DNA of 64,000 nucleotides from Patellaria atrata CBS 101060 (lineage: Eukaryota), in NCBI GenBank assembly GCA_010093705.1, contig MU006105.1, forward strand, positions 287,960 to 351,959, in the 5' to 3' direction. The position numbers were made by a program, and so were the translations under genes. The notes beneath the pieces are model-generated. The model saw only the letters and a program-made list of their open reading frames with translations, made no database searches and had not been told where the DNA came from. How positions within the stretch are numbered: position 1 is the stretch's first letter; each line of letters opens with the position of its first letter. Shown in pieces: positions 23,980 to 38,078 of this stretch.

Positions 23980-26080
23980 ATGCACGTCTCTCAGAAGCTT
24001 GAGGAGGGTGTCAAGAATGGCAAACCTACATTCTCCTTCGAGTTTTTCCCACCAAAGACTGCTCAAGTAAGTGATTGGAAGTCACTACAATAGCCGAATT
24101 TTCCTCCAACAACTAACTGTCTCTTGCTGTTAGGGTGTCCAGAACCTCTACGATCGTATGGACCGCATGCACGATTATGGACCTTCCTTCATAGACATCA
24201 CCTGGGGTGCTGGAGGCCGTATGTCACATCTCACGGTAGAGATGGTGAAGAATGCTCAATCAGTACATGGCTTGGAGACTTGCATGCATCTTACGTGTAC
24301 CGATATGGAGAAATCGAAGCTGGATGAGGCTTTAAAGCTGGCGTATAATTCGGGATGCACAAATATACTAGCACTAAGGGGAGATCCTCCAAGGGAAAAG
24401 GAAAAATGGGAGGCCACGGCAGGGGGGTTTCGTTATGCGAAAGACCTAGTGAAATACATCAGGGATCACTACGGCAACCATTTCTGTATTGGGGTTGCTG
24501 GATACTCAGAAGGTTGTGATGATCATAGGGATGTTGATCTTCTGATCGACCACCTGAAGGAGAAAGTGGATGCCGGTGCCACATTCATTGTGACACAGAT
24601 GTTCTACGATGTAGACATTTTCTTAGCATGGCTAAAAAAAGTGAGAGCTAAAGGCATTAATGTGCCGGTCCTTCCCGGAATCATGCCAATTCAAACTCAT
24701 GCTGCTTTCGAAAGGCGGGCAAACTGGACTAAATGTGCCGTTCCCGCGTCTTGGAAGGAAGCGTTAGATCCGATTAAGAATGATGATGCAGCAGTTCGAG
24801 AGGTTGGTAAAGGTCTCATCGCAGACATGTGCCGGAAGTTACTCGCCAATGGTATTAACCATTTACATTTGTAAGTTCATTCGTCAAGACCTTCTGAGAA
24901 AACCCATTAACAATCTAGTTACACTATGAACCTAGAAAAGGCGACCAGAATGGTACTAGAAGAGCTCAATTTGCTTCCTGACCTTGAAACCCCACTAGAG
25001 AAACCGTTACCATGGAGACAATCACTTGGCCTCAATCGTCGCGAGGAGAATGTCCGACCTATATTCTGGAGGAATCGCAATAGATCCTACGTAGCTAGGA
25101 CCCAGGATTGGGATGAGTTCCCCAACGGACGCTGGGGTGACTCTCGCTCACCCGCCTTCGGGGAGTTGGATGCTTATGGAATCGGTCTCAAGGGCACTAA
25201 TGAGGCAAACATCAAGCTATGGGGTATGCCCAAGTCCATCCAAGATATCGCCAATCTTTTTGTTCGATACATGCAGGGCAAACTCGAAAGTTTACCATGG
25301 AGTGAAGCCCCAATCTCTAACGAGGCTAATGTACTTCTCGATGATCTTGTCAGCCTAAACGCCCGCGGCTTGCTAACAATCAACTCACAACCTGCTGTCG
25401 ACAGTGCAAAGTCATCCCATCCTGTCTATGGATGGGGCCCAAAAAACGGTTATGTTTACCAGAAGGCATACCTTGAGCTCTTGATTAGCCCCGAGCTCAT
25501 TGCAGAGGTCATCACACGCATTGAGAGAGATCCAGAACTCACGTACTACGCCGTGAATAAGAATGGTGACCTCAAGACCAATGCTCCTGGTGATGGCCCA
25601 AATGCTGTGACGTGGGGTGTCTTCCCAGGGAAGGAAATTGTACAACCTACCATCGTCGAAACAATAAGCTTCCTGGCCTGGAAAGATGAGTTCTTTCGTC
25701 TTGGCCAGGACTGGGCAAATTGTTATCCATCTTCGAGTCCGTCCAGATACGTTATCCAAGATCTTATGGATACGTGGTTCCTCGTCAACATTGGTAAGCG
25801 AGAATAATGATTTATAGAACTGCGCAGTTTAGCTGATTCCTTTGAAATAGTGCATAACGATTTTCACCAAACTCATGGTATCTTTCCTATATTTAACGGT
25901 CTGGAAGTAAAAGGAATCGAAATACCTCTGCATTCTAACGGTATCAAACCCGAATCTTCCTCTCCCATCAACAGTCACACGATCGGCCCTACCAACGGGG
26001 AGCGCCTGAACGGCACATCGAATCGTATCTACGCAAATAGAGCATCTCAGCCAGTAGCTGTGACGAATGGTTATCAATAG
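23980..26080 (+). CDS. MET13: Methylenetetrahydrofolate reductase (eukaryotic, with C-terminal SAM-regulatory domain), 642 aa; exons 23980-24066, 24134-24870, 24919-25793, 25851-26080
   Basis: Motifs FSFEFFPPKTAQGVQNL, ITWGAG, MHLTC, LALRGDPP, VTQMFYD, HFYTMN, RPIFW, WDEFPNGRWGDSRSPAFG, NAVTWGVFPGKEI; three canonical introns keep the frame. The MET13 versus MET12 assignment is by recollection. Confidence 0.95.
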
Positions 26081-29000
26081 AGCCATATCTTTCCTATTTT
26101 TGATGTTTTCTTCCATCATTCAGGATACGATCTGCATTAAGTGCATTAGCGGTGGAGTTGGCACGTTTTCAACAAAACAAAAGTCTTGACCAGCATTGGG
26201 AAGTTCGACGGGTAGGCCTAGTGTTCTCGTGCTTACCTTTTCATGATACCTTTGCATGATCAGCATGGCCAAAGCATTGAAGAGTATAGAATCGTCATAT
26301 TCAACTTGACGTATTAATTATAGAGTAGCATCGGGACGAACGCCATCCTCAACCTGGCGCACATATGGGGGAAAACCTTGTTCGCGAAGAAGGTTTTTAG
26401 AGTTTTAGCATTTTTCTTTTATCATTTTCATTCCATGATTTACGACCTCAAAGATTCGATGGATTTATTGCGTTATTGGGAATATTTTATTGACATATGT
26501 TCGCATTGCTAATAAATGATACCCAAGGTTATCGCCCTCAACGGCGGTTACAAAAAGTATATATAACCACATTTATATGATCTTAAAATAGGGTATCTCC
26601 TACGATCCAATATGCCGTAAAGGCTTTGGAAAGCAGGGGACCAAGCCCGGAACGGGATAGGTTAGCTACTTAGTTACTTTAAGGTCTATCAAACTTTCTA
26701 AATGTCCTCAATACTTGTGAGAGCTCGGTCATTAAGAGTACATCTTGTCATTACAAAAAATACTCTTTGTGAACAGATTTATTCTCCAACCTTCTCCACC
26801 ACTGTCCGTAAAAGCTCGTTTCCTGCGTAGATGGAGACGACTCCAGACATCCATTACGAGGTATTCATGCTGCTGTATGCTACCTTACCGCGACATAATC
26901 TGGGTGCTGTGAGGCTCGACCAATTTTGATACAATTCTATTCTTAGCTTTTTTATGATTGATGACCTTTGTCGCATATCAAGGTATATCCGTTCAGCTTC
27001 ACCCTATGATACTGTGCAAGTGTGCATCATCATCTCCAGATACTCCAGTAGATTTGGAGGAGATCCATGACTAGAATTTGTGGAGACCGGATCAAAACTT
27101 GCAATCATGAAGGCAAACCGGAGAAAATCCGTCATTGAAGGGTCATGGTTGGTTAATAGAGAGAGCGAAGGGGATCTGGAAATAATAAATTTCAACCTAT
27201 TGTAACAGGCTAGAGCCTAGTGGTATGGGATGCCCTGCATCCGAAGATCAGCCAGTAATATTTCCCTCAAACCTACCCCCAGACTCTTCTCTTCTTCTTC
27301 ATCTTGATTGTAGATAGCATCTGGACTAGATAGTTGGAACACAATTACTAGAGGCCGCTCACACCTATCCTCTCTAAGGTACCTAGAAACTTAAAGCGTT
27401 ATGACCACAACAGATTATGCGCATGCACTATATTGTACGTCTCGTTAACAGGCAAATTCTTAGTTGACCGTGCAGCTGCGGGCCAAGGCACCGCATGCCT
27501 CAGTCCGACTATTTCTTGAATTCCTTATTACACCATTATTCCGAGTTTCAAAGCCTTTTGAACAACGACTAAAAATTACTGCCGTACCTCGCATCGATTG
27601 CTGAATTTCTTCCTTCCATATACCTCTAGAATAGTCTTCTGTTCATGGATGGTAGTTTGCATTTAAGGGGTAAACACTCCGGACTACCGGATTAGGAAGT
27701 CGAGCGTATGTCACATGACCCCCCTGACGATGATTATAATTAACGGTTATTGATCAGCTCTAGTATGAAAACAAAGGGATGATGATCACCGTCGTTTATA
27801 AATCTCCGGTCAATCAAGAAAAAGTTAATTGGAGGTATCAGGAAAAATGGAGATTTTGTCCGCTTGTTGATTTAAGGGAACTTACCCCTGAGAATCAACC
27901 GCAGCTTCTTTCGTCAAAATAACGACCCTCCAGGAGGTCTTCGGCATCGTCTACGCATCAAGCATGCAATGGAGAATAGGAGATCACTACGGAGTGTTGA
28001 ATTGAAATAACCCGCGGGCGTTGAAAGTTCAATTAGCTGCAACGCGCCGTCAGTCATACGAACAGAACATTGATACGTCTTGAATTCAAATTCCGGATGA
28101 TACGGTCAAGGGATTATCGGTACGTGTATTCATCTGACCAATTCATGTGGTATACAGCTAGCATCTCTCTCAGATCATTTTTCCTTCAACACATCCGTTA
28201 AGGTTTTACTTACAGGAGTATCTCTTTCTGAAGCACGTAATTTGGGGATACCCTAAACTGACGCAAGAGATGATTGTCAAATTGACAGCGAATCTTATTT
28301 CATTCTCGTCAGGTTGCTTCGCGTTTTTTTTTTCCCCTCGGTTCTAACAGACCTCTATCAAGATACATACCTTTGGGAAATATCTTCCTGTGCTACAATT
28401 GCGCTGCGTCTAACAGTGATGCTTCTCGCCATCAATTAGTGAAGGTCTTCTCTAGGAGCGCTCGATGAGAATGGTAAGCTTCAAAACCTCCTCACCCCCT
28501 TAAGAGGATATTGACCTTTCTTTCGAAAACCCTTCGTCTCCGAGGGCAAACCAATGACACTGTTTTTGTGCACAGATACGGTCTCAACAGAAGCCTAGCC
28601 GCAATCTCCAAACTATCCTGCTATGCTAACCATTAAACCCTTTAAGTGAAAGGATTCAACGCTCAAGGCCGAGGGGGACACCTCACGCCGCCTACGCCCT
28701 GTCACACTACATCATCACATGAGCTACAAATATTTTCCTGACCCTCTCGCCTGTATGGTTACATATACCAGACTTCCCACCCCGTACTTCTCACGCCGAC
28801 GCCCAGGAACAGCCCTAACCGAACATCGAATCCCAACCCCTCATGTATTTCCGTACCCCGGCATCTCTAGAAACGCAAGTCAGATCACCAAAAATCCTTC
28901 AAATGTTTCGCGTGAAGAAGTCCTATGAGAGGATGAAGGACTCGAGGTGAGGTGAAGTAGTGACAAGGTAAGGATAGCTGCATACCAGACCTGCACGGCG

Positions 29001-29724
29001 CCGGCCTGGCACCAATCAGGACATTTTGGTGCCACACCTAATCAGAAATTTATATTATTCGCTAGGCAAACGTGGGGAGCATGAGTATTTTAGCCCGTGT
29101 GGACCGTTATGGATCGCTCTTAGAGCTGCGGGGAAAATCGTAGATGGTTTGATGTGGGCTGAGACGGTGTGGGGGAGTTGACTTTGGTCAGAATTTGGGG
29201 AAGGTATTGCGATAGCGGTGGTTAGTAATCTAACACTGGCGGGTTTTGTACACAGAGAAATGATTTGGGGTTTGGGTTCACAAAGGTGACACGGATTCAC
29301 TGGTATTGCCAGGATTTATGGTACAAGTATTTGGAAACTGGTGGTGTGTCAGATGTTTTACAGTATTTGGTCGTCATTTCGTTATAGTAGTAGCTAGTCA
29401 TTGCGAAATATCTCCAACCCATAGTACCAGAGAGATGGTAAAGGAAATATAGCGTTGGACACTAACGGTCAGGTGGTTACAACAACGGAATGGATGTGAG
29501 AGGAACTGGAAAAAGGGAAATTGGGAACATTAGAGTTAAGGGAAGTTGGGGTAGGAGCGAGGGAAAAGAGTATGATGTAAGTAAATAACCTTAAGAAAAG
29601 GCAACCGGAGAGAATCGGAGCAGGTAAAGAAAAAATCGGTGGACTCCGGTGCGGATTAACGTTATGACGACTGGGTAGGAGACCCCCTTGAGAATCAGGC
29701 AATCGCGAATCGAGAAATGGTGAA

Positions 29725-30778
29725 TCAGGATGTCAAACCCCTCTTCCTCTGTTTCGGTGGATCGCGCTTCAATTCGGGGTGTCTGCGTTCGTGCGTGAGA
29801 AGACAGTCGCTTCGAGAAAACACTTTGGGGCAACCAAGAGCATGGCATTGGAATACATTGCCTTCATGGGTCGATCGTCGGTGTCGACTGAGCCGGCCTC
29901 TTCTGTCTTTGGGTTTCCCTCCAAAGGTAACGTTGCAATCGGGGCATTTAAGAGGAGCATCACTGCTTAAGCTTGCAACTTCATTTGCACGTTTCTTTCT
30001 GGTAATCTGGGGTTGCGAAGTTGAAGATTTTCGAGAAGATTCTGTTGACGGCATCGTATATGGAATTGAGGTGCTGGAGTAAATCGGAACTTCCCCCGAT
30101 GTAAGAACGTTGGAACATCTAAACTGTTAGCTTGAGAAATGAAGTGGATTAGAGCAGCTCTCACACTCCCGATGTTGAACTGATAAAGCGAGGGCGTGAG
30201 AATTCGGATATTCCTAAGGGCTGGTATTGTGGTGGACTACCAAAGGTATCTTCTTGGTTATTCAATCCTTCGTGTGAAAATAGCTGATTTTGAGAATGAC
30301 AATTGCGAGCGTTGAATTCAACTCCCGGATGTTGAATTACTCTGGAACTTTCGGACAATGGTAAATCATAGATATACGATCGCTGAATCTCATCATTATT
30401 AAAAATAGACCCAGAAGTTTCTGGATACGGCATGCAGAATGAGTTGGGACTCAAGGGGATGGCAGCTAACGGTTGTGCTGTCTGCATTATCTCACTGGTC
30501 GGTAGCTCAGATCGTTGCCCGTATGGTATTTCGGGTATACTATTCATGTTGTATCCATAGGAAGATGCGATCGACGCCTTTCTTACTTCATGATTGGTAG
30601 GAAGTTCATGAATCGTATGCGTCGGACTTAATGGAGAACGTAAAGTTCTGTCCTCACCGAAGCCAGTAGGTCCTTGAACTGGAGGGTCATCAATTCGTCT
30701 ATTACGTCTCAAGAAGGTGCGTTGAAAGAATCCTGAACCTTTCGATATCGATGAACGGGGGGCCTGTTCTGTGACCAT
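29725..30778 (-). CDS. C2H2 zinc-finger protein, ~335 aa (intron 30164-30119)
   Basis: Two ORFs joined in frame by a GTGAGA..GCTAAC..TAG intron. C-terminal fingers CPDC-x16-H-x4-H and CHALGCPKVFSRSDCLLTHERRH; basic NLS-like KQRKR. Confidence 0.75.
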
Positions 30779-33700
30779 ATTAGTTCATTATGCTACTGGA
30801 GTAATTCGGTCGTTGAGTCCGAACCATAGATTTGGTTCTCTTGTTTAGTCGACGTAAACCGACCCAAAGACTGGAATGAGTGCGGAGAATGCATGACTTT
30901 TGCGCCGGGGCTAGTTTCGCCAACGTCAACTTGGTTGATAGATTTGGGGCCAACGTGATAGTGGATACTTCAATGTACTGTCAGACCTTTAGTTCAACAG
31001 ATTGTGATGCTAGAGTGAACCTACTCAACTTTTAAGAAGATAAAGTGCATGCTTTTCTATCGGTCAAGGAGGAATGTTCAATAACGCAACATGGCCATTT
31101 AACATTGACATAGCGAGACAACCATTGAGCAGAAATAAAGGGAAATATAAGAGGACAGGTCAGAAAATTGCCAAGCTAGACTCCGTAACAGCCAAAACTG
31201 ATATAAATGTCTGAGGACCGAGACTCAGGAGAACATGCCCAACATGGGATACGTCTACGAGGAGAGATTGTTGACACCATGTGAAATTGGTGATCCATAG
31301 GAACCCGTCCGCTATCCTTCAACCAACCAGATATTATGGCGATATCCTCATGCAGCCTCCACAAGCACCTAGTCCAGAGCACGAGACCGCAATACTAGGT
31401 GACGAGGGTCAGAGTAAACCACTAGAGGTCCGCTCCGCTCATACCGATAGTATCATCCCGACAGTGCATATCGCAAGCTCTATCCACGTAACTGAAGTTG
31501 CAAGAGGAAATTTCTCCTTCCGTGTCAGTGTAATTTGTAGCGGGCTTATCCGCCTAGGTCCTTAGATTTCTTTTCCCGACTACATATTCCCTGTCTGCTG
31601 CTAGTAGAACGGATGTCACAATCAAAAGCATCGCATGCGTGGTCCGTCGGCCATTCCGGATTGCATATTAAGGTCCTTCAGGAATAATTAAGACTTTGAA
31701 GTGGAAGAACCATGTAACCGAGTTGATTGTTGAGTCCTTTGTATGCGTATCGCTTTCTTCAGTAAAATGACGGAACAGTAGAAATGGATCCTTTTATATA
31801 GGAGATCGAATTGTCTTGAATTTTCCTCTTGAACTCTGAATTGATCAATGAAGGCCACACTCTTCCTTTATCCAGTCTAAGGTTTCACAATCTCTTACTA
31901 AAAATGTTCTTGTTTCTAAAAATTGTATAAGCAAATATGGGGTAGGTACTCCTCTGATTGGTCAATGGATTATGAATGATATCGATTGAAACCAAAATGC
32001 TGTAATCATATGGATCTTCTCCAAAAAGTAAATTACGCATGTGAGAAGGAAAACCTAATGGAACTCTTGACTTTTGCCTGTTATTTGCCTACATATGCGA
32101 GCGATATGTAGTTGAACTTGAACCTCGACTGCGGGTTTCGCTTGCACTTACCATGACTATTCAAGGTAGATGTCAGGCTTCGGTAGAATACTACTCCGTG
32201 GATGCTGCCTTTGTATGGCAGCTAGGTTCTCTGAGCTTGACCGGTGAGTGACAAGTTTGGAAATGGTAAGTGCTGGATGGAAATGATATCGTCCACAAGC
32301 GCATCATGTTCCACCGGTCAAGACGGCAAAATAGTAATAAAGAAGGTTAAAAACAAGGCAATTCATTTTGGTGCCAATGTTAGAAATCTTGGACGATCGT
32401 GAGCCCTTCTCGCAGTCGACATTCTTATTGGTATTTCTCTTATATCAAGTGTGAATTCAGCCATGTTAAAGCTTGAATTCGCCGTCATGGCTGTCTGACC
32501 AAGCTCACGGTATGATTGGAGGTCGATCGCATGCAGAACGACTCCTTAGACGGAGTCCACAGTCAACGGATGTTCATGGGGAGAGCGTAGGAAGAAGGTT
32601 TGACTGAGGAGTCCCAGGTTCAAAGCTGGAATGTGGAGTCCTTAAGGTAGCGCCACGAGAGGACCGCCGGGCGGCCCGTCCCACAACCACCAACGCTCCC
32701 ACGATTCCCCAGAGTGTCTAAATCCTGAAATCTGGAGAAACGGACACTCGTCTTAGACTTTCATTGTCCTTGCGGATAAGCCAAGTGCATTCAATTGGCG
32801 AGGTCCTCAACGACATTTTCATTTTGCCTTACCTATCCCACTCGGATTTTCGTGCATCTTTGTCTTGTCGGATCCACTTTGTCCACTTCATCGCATCCGG
32901 ACTCGTCGACCAGGGTCTTATCCACGCCATTGTCCTGTGACTATGTAGCGGACAAGCCCCTGGGTGGGACAATTGGCGTGATGGGGAAGACAGTTGCTTC
33001 CCTCATTGACTAACCTCTCATTCAATCCCCAAGAGTTCAAATCACAACTCGATCTCATGGGAAAAACTACTGGCGTGAGTATTTCCAAACCACGCGAAAG
33101 TATATATACTATATTCTAGTCTATTGCCTCAACTGTAGATGCTATCGATCATATGTCGCTGATATGAGCTCGTCGAATGCATACTGGTATTATACCCTCG
33201 CCTTTCTCCAAAGCTTTAGACGCGATTCTTCCTTACTAGGACTTTGTCCCCCCACCCATGAGAATATAGGCAAGACTCTTCAGCCCCCTTACGAGGTCTC
33301 CCTACGATATGCCCACTAGTACTCAGCCATAAGGCCTTTTAGCGAGCCAAGCGGATGATTACTATTTCTAACGGGATTAAAATACGAAAGGTTCATACGG
33401 CCACAAGGAGGCGAGGTATTGGAAGAACATGATACCAAGAAAACAAATATAACTCCTGCTGAGACTGGTTTGTTTGTGTGATGTAGATAAGTATTCCTCA
33501 GATTGGGTACTTAGCTCGCGAGCACGAGGTTAGTCCTGTAACATTCTACTATAGTTTTGTTGCATGAGAAAAAATTAAGTCCATAAGCCAAACGTGCTTC
33601 ATTGAGAAAGGGATACGAAGTATATTATAAATCTTTCCACTACTATTATGAAACCCTACCACATCGATCAGAGGTGCATTGAAGGGTGATTCGCAGGGTC

Positions 33701-33925
33701 ACCTTTACAGCATAGGGGATCTTCTGTCAAAAGAGGAGGGGTATCATTTTGCGCATTCCAAAACATCTCTATGTGCTGTCTCGATTATAGAGGTGTAAAA
33801 GGACTAAGTATATACAATCTTATTCAACGATCCCTTTCATTACCACTGCATTAGTATCATCCCGTGTAACGCCTCTACTATCTTCTGTGTAAAAGAACAA
33901 ACCACCCAATAACCATTATCATGCA

Positions 33926-35110
33926 CTACTCCAGTAGTCCAGAGAGAGACTTTGAGCGCTGAGGTTCCACTTCGAGTTTCGACTTTGACGATCTTGGATG
34001 ATGCGACTCTGATTTCGAGCGAGGAGTATCAACTTCCGCGAGGGCGGCCACGATGCTCTTCTTAGGGCTTGTCCTATCGCTAGACTTAGACTTGAAGAAT
34101 GAGAATATGCTTGGACGCTTTTCCTTATCTGCATCTGGAGGCGAAGAGGGACGGCTCGTCAACTTCGGTTTTGGGTCTGTAGATAATTTCATGCCCTGAG
34201 GGAGCCCTGGTGAAGCCGGTGGTGTCATTTCGTATGCACCGCTGCCTTTCCACTTATCGTTAAGATTGTCTAACGCTTCTTGAACTGCCGGTTCATAAGC
34301 TGGGAACTCTGTCACGGTGACTTCGTGCAGGAGCTTTAGCTTTGATATCTCTTTTGCTGCGTGAATACGTTGTATACTCGGATGCCAGCCAATGGCTTTG
34401 ATATCCAGCTTCATCGCCCTCTCCACCTTTTCCCCAACACCCATAAGTTCGACCAACTGTGTCACATTCTCCTCAATCTTCTTGATATATCCGGCAAATT
34501 TTGCTTGATCGTTAATAGTCCACCGTTGCATCGTAATGCTATTCCCCCATGGTATCCTCACCCCTTGCACATGTGCCACATCCTGCAGCAAGCCAAACTT
34601 TTCTCTAAACCCCTCTAGCCGATTTGGGTCTACCGTGAGTTGCTTATATGTAGACTTCTTCGATCCCTTCAACCCATACAACTCCATCATCTCCTCTCTA
34701 CTCAAATGGTCCGCACGGTCCAAGATCTCATTGAGTAACTCTTTAACTCTCTTCCCCGTCTCCTCCTCATCGAGCCTCGGATCCCTCTCAAGGAAGTATA
34801 TCGGATCCGTAGGCTCGGGATTCATAGCGCCTGCGTGCGACGGGATCATGAACGTCGCGATGGTGGGCGGCGGTGACGAAATACCGACGATATCGCCCCA
34901 TATCAGGAGTCTAGCCTGCTGCAGCCCCAATCGTATGAGTAGAAGCTGTTCTTTCTTGTCCCAGTAGGGCGCGGGATCGATCATATTGAACACCTCGACA
35001 CATTGCGAGAAGAGATGCGCGATGACGAGCACGTTTGTCAGGACGGTTGCGGGGTCGTCTGCGGCCTCTGCGGGGGGCTCTGTGGGCCTTACAACTTCTA
35101 TATCTGCCAT
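33926..35110 (-). CDS. HeLo (prion-inhibition and propagation, HET-s N-terminal-like) domain protein
   Basis: LFSQCVEVF..LLLIRLGLQQARLLIWGDIVG and RWTINDQAKF..YI..I..NV..L match the HeLo pattern; C-terminal S/P/K-rich low-complexity tail. Confidence 0.75.
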   Translation of the reverse strand: MADIEVVRPTEPPAEAADDPATVLTNVLVIAHLFSQCVEVFNMIDPAPYWDKKEQLLLIRLGLQQARLLIWGDIVGISSPPPTIATFMIPSHAGAMNPEPTDPIYFLERDPRLDEEETGKRVKELLNEILDRADHLSREEMMELYGLKGSKKSTYKQLTVDPNRLEGFREKFGLLQDVAHVQGVRIPWGNSITMQRWTINDQAKFAGYIKKIEENVTQLVELMGVGEKVERAMKLDIKAIGWHPSIQRIHAAKEISKLKLLHEVTVTEFPAYEPAVQEALDNLNDKWKGSGAYEMTPPASPGLPQGMKLSTDPKPKLTSRPSSPPDADKEKRPSIFSFFKSKSSDRTSPKKSIVAALAEVDTPRSKSESHHPRSSKSKLEVEPQRSKSLSGLLE

Positions 35111-35855
35111 TGTTCCGCTGTTAGAGGTGATGACGGCGCAATTGACATGATATCTCGGAGGGAGAGCAGGGTACTATGTGAGCGGAGAGAATGCGATAAG
35201 AAAAGTCTTGGTGCGGAGAGAGGAGGCCGACGGAATGCCGTCACGTGTAGTCTGTTCTTTGTCGAGTAGGACAAACCTGAAGTGCGGAGTAGTTCTCCAG
35301 TCTGGTGGCTGGTGCATTGCAGATTCCAGAGATCGCTGAGGTAAGGTAGGGTCGCGGGGAACTAAAGTGGCTGGTTTCTGACTACCCATCTAGGTATCTT
35401 TACCCTTGGAGTGTTTAGAAAGTGGAGAATAACTTTTTTAATCAACAACTATAAATATTAATAGTCGGGATGGATGGTAGAGGCCTACCTAAGGCTGAAA
35501 GTTACATGAGATTCTCCCAATTATTAAACATTTACCCCTGGGAAGAGAGTAGTAGCTAAAACAAACATAATAGCCTAGGTATTTTTAATAAGGTAGTGGC
35601 AACTACCACTTAAATATTGCTATTTTTTACTCCTTAAAGGATTCAGATCCCAATAGATCAAGCCATCCGTACGGTAAGAACGGCTCAAGTGCGATACAAA
35701 TGGGTTCCAATGAAAACCATCGAGATCACCTGAAGCCTGACACTTGGCCATACGCCAAACCCTATGCAATAAGTGTAAAACCAATGCACTGTACAGATAG
35801 TGAACTGCTTAAGGCCTAAGAGAGGCAGATCTAGTATGCTAAATAATTCTATAAC

Positions 35856-37110
35856 TCAGATCTGACTCTTCGAATGTTTTAGACCTCGTCCTGTCGTCTC
35901 GTTCTTTTCGCTCGCTGGTTTGATCCATGTGGAGAGATCACCAACTAAATACCTCAATTAGTACGCTGATAGGTGTGACCATGTGGCGAGTTATAATGTA
36001 CCAGGTAACTGGAATGGAAAATCCAGGGCGGCAAGCATTATTGCCGTAAATATTCACCACTCAAGTGCGCATGTAATAAATGTACATGCACCAGCAACAA
36101 CAACGAGAGTCTTCGATAATTCCGCATTACGTTCGATACCTGCCAATATGCACCCGCGAGAAGACAAAAAGCGGCTAACAGTGTTGCGAAGATACCGACG
36201 AATACGATATTGGTTCGGAGGGCACAAATTAGGTATATTAGGCACAGTAAACCCATGGTAAGCATGAAAAATTTTGTAACAATACATTACTCCAGAAGAA
36301 ATAGTGATAGGAAGAGGAGACATGTACCAAAGCTCGAGTTGAACCCAACGGTGGAGAGACCTTCAGTAGGTGCATTGACAGGATCCGAGGAATATAACGC
36401 ATAAGCGCCGTAGGAGGGTTGGAGGGTCGCCGCAAACCCAAGACAGTATGCCCCTAGGAAAAGTCAGTTACTCTAGGGGGTTAAGAGGAGAGCGATGTTC
36501 CAAAGCTGGAGAATACAATAAAGGGAAAAGTATTGCCAATGATCCACTATTTGAATTAGAAAGTCAATATCGGAAGAAGTACGTATCAAGAAGGAATACC
36601 TCTCCAACTCCACCTAATATCAGAAGAAGTCCCCCGAAGAAGAAATATGTGCCTATGCTTGCCGCGCCATTTCCCTCTGTACCTCTCCATCTCATTAAGT
36701 TGCAGTTTAATGGAGAGAGACTAAGTAAATACCTAACTAACGCCCTGCTAGAATTAGTAAGTTGGGTAAATATGCACAGGCTGGTACATACAGTGGGGTT
36801 GGATTGCCAACCGTTCTTCGTAGTTCGCCTTTTACATTATTCTGCGGTGAAAGATATATCTTCTCAAAGAGTTCTGGCGAGACAGATATACTTCTAGCAG
36901 TTCTAATATGCCGGAGTGCTTCGTTTTCGCCCGGTCTCCCCGTTCAGATTATGAGTATCTATCATATTGCGGTCAAATATGAGTATTTCTGACAGTACTA
37001 TAGAGGATCTGTACGGATGTAGACTTACTGCTAATATCCTTCTCCAAAGGTTCGCCATTAGTGGGCTCTCGGCTGTTGTGAGTTGATTGATGGGCTTGTT
37101 CGGTAGATAT
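35856..37110 (-). pseudogene. GPR1/FUN34/YaaH (acetate/ammonia transporter) pseudogene
   Basis: Exon relics: SISVSPELFEKIYLSP..VKGELRRTVGNPTPL, YFFFGGLL, EWIIGNTFPFIVFSSFG, CALRTNIVF, LDFPFQLPVGDLS. Disablements: ATA in place of the start (37110), a donor reading GA (~36500), an acceptor reading CAA (~36274), a frameshift near 36135, and an in-frame TGA at 36056-36054. Confidence 0.88.
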
Positions 37111-38078
37111 TTTCAATATTACAACAGATCTAAGTGACTTTAGAAATTTTCATAAACCCTCTGATGCTAAGAATCAAACAAGACTCTACCAAGCTTTCAA
37201 TAATGTAGTGTACAGTAGAGGAAGCAAAGACTAATTTTTTGTTTTTCCAGGTTTACTAGGAATTGAGAAAAGAATTTAGGAGAAGCCCCATTGATTCTCG
37301 GAAAGCCCGAATTAAAAACAAACCTACGAACTGGGAGTTAGATACTTAATTAGTCTGTTAAACACCAAATGAATCAAATATACAGCTCAATACGGGGCTC
37401 GCGCTGAGGAGAAGTGAGGAGTCCATCTTGTAGAGCTAGGAATTCAATCAAGACTATAGCAAAATAGTGCTAAGTAGACGCGTCTCCCGATATCCAGGGC
37501 TATTCTTACTCAAGCTTCCACGGCATTGAAACTTTGGAGCCGGTTTTACGGATGAGGTTTGTGGAGAAGTGGAGCGGAGTTGGGATGGAGTGACTGGCTC
37601 AGGGATAGCCTAACCTTTTCCGTCCTTAGGGTCATCCTATACTCAACCTCACCCATTGCTCCCTAGCACAACCATATCCTTTTAGCTCCTATTGCGTGTT
37701 CTCTCCTGAGTGGCGTTATCCGATTCTTGAAATCCGTACTACCGAGTACTCTTAGAGTAATTAGCCTGGATCTTATCCCCAGATCTCTATGTAGAAGCCC
37801 CATTCTGTAGGTCACTTTCGGAAGGTGTAGAAAGCTCTGAATAGCAAATTTATATACAGATACACCATATAAATCACCTTTTATCACGGGACCTGTGCTA
37901 GTAAATATTTTGTCGGATCTATTTCCGCGTCGAATCTCTCGGTGCTTTATACGGGTTGGGTTAGTGTACGTTGGAAGAGCATATACGCTTTACGACGAGA
38001 TAGGGTCGAGCATCAAGAAGCCTGGTTGTCCTATCTAAGTATTCAATTCGAATCTCCTTTGTATTGTACAATTTCCTC

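Noticed and set aside
27779..27891. C box (ATGATGA) and D box (CTGA) pair suggesting a C/D snoRNA
   Set aside because: No terminal stem and no rRNA-complementary guide that I can identify.
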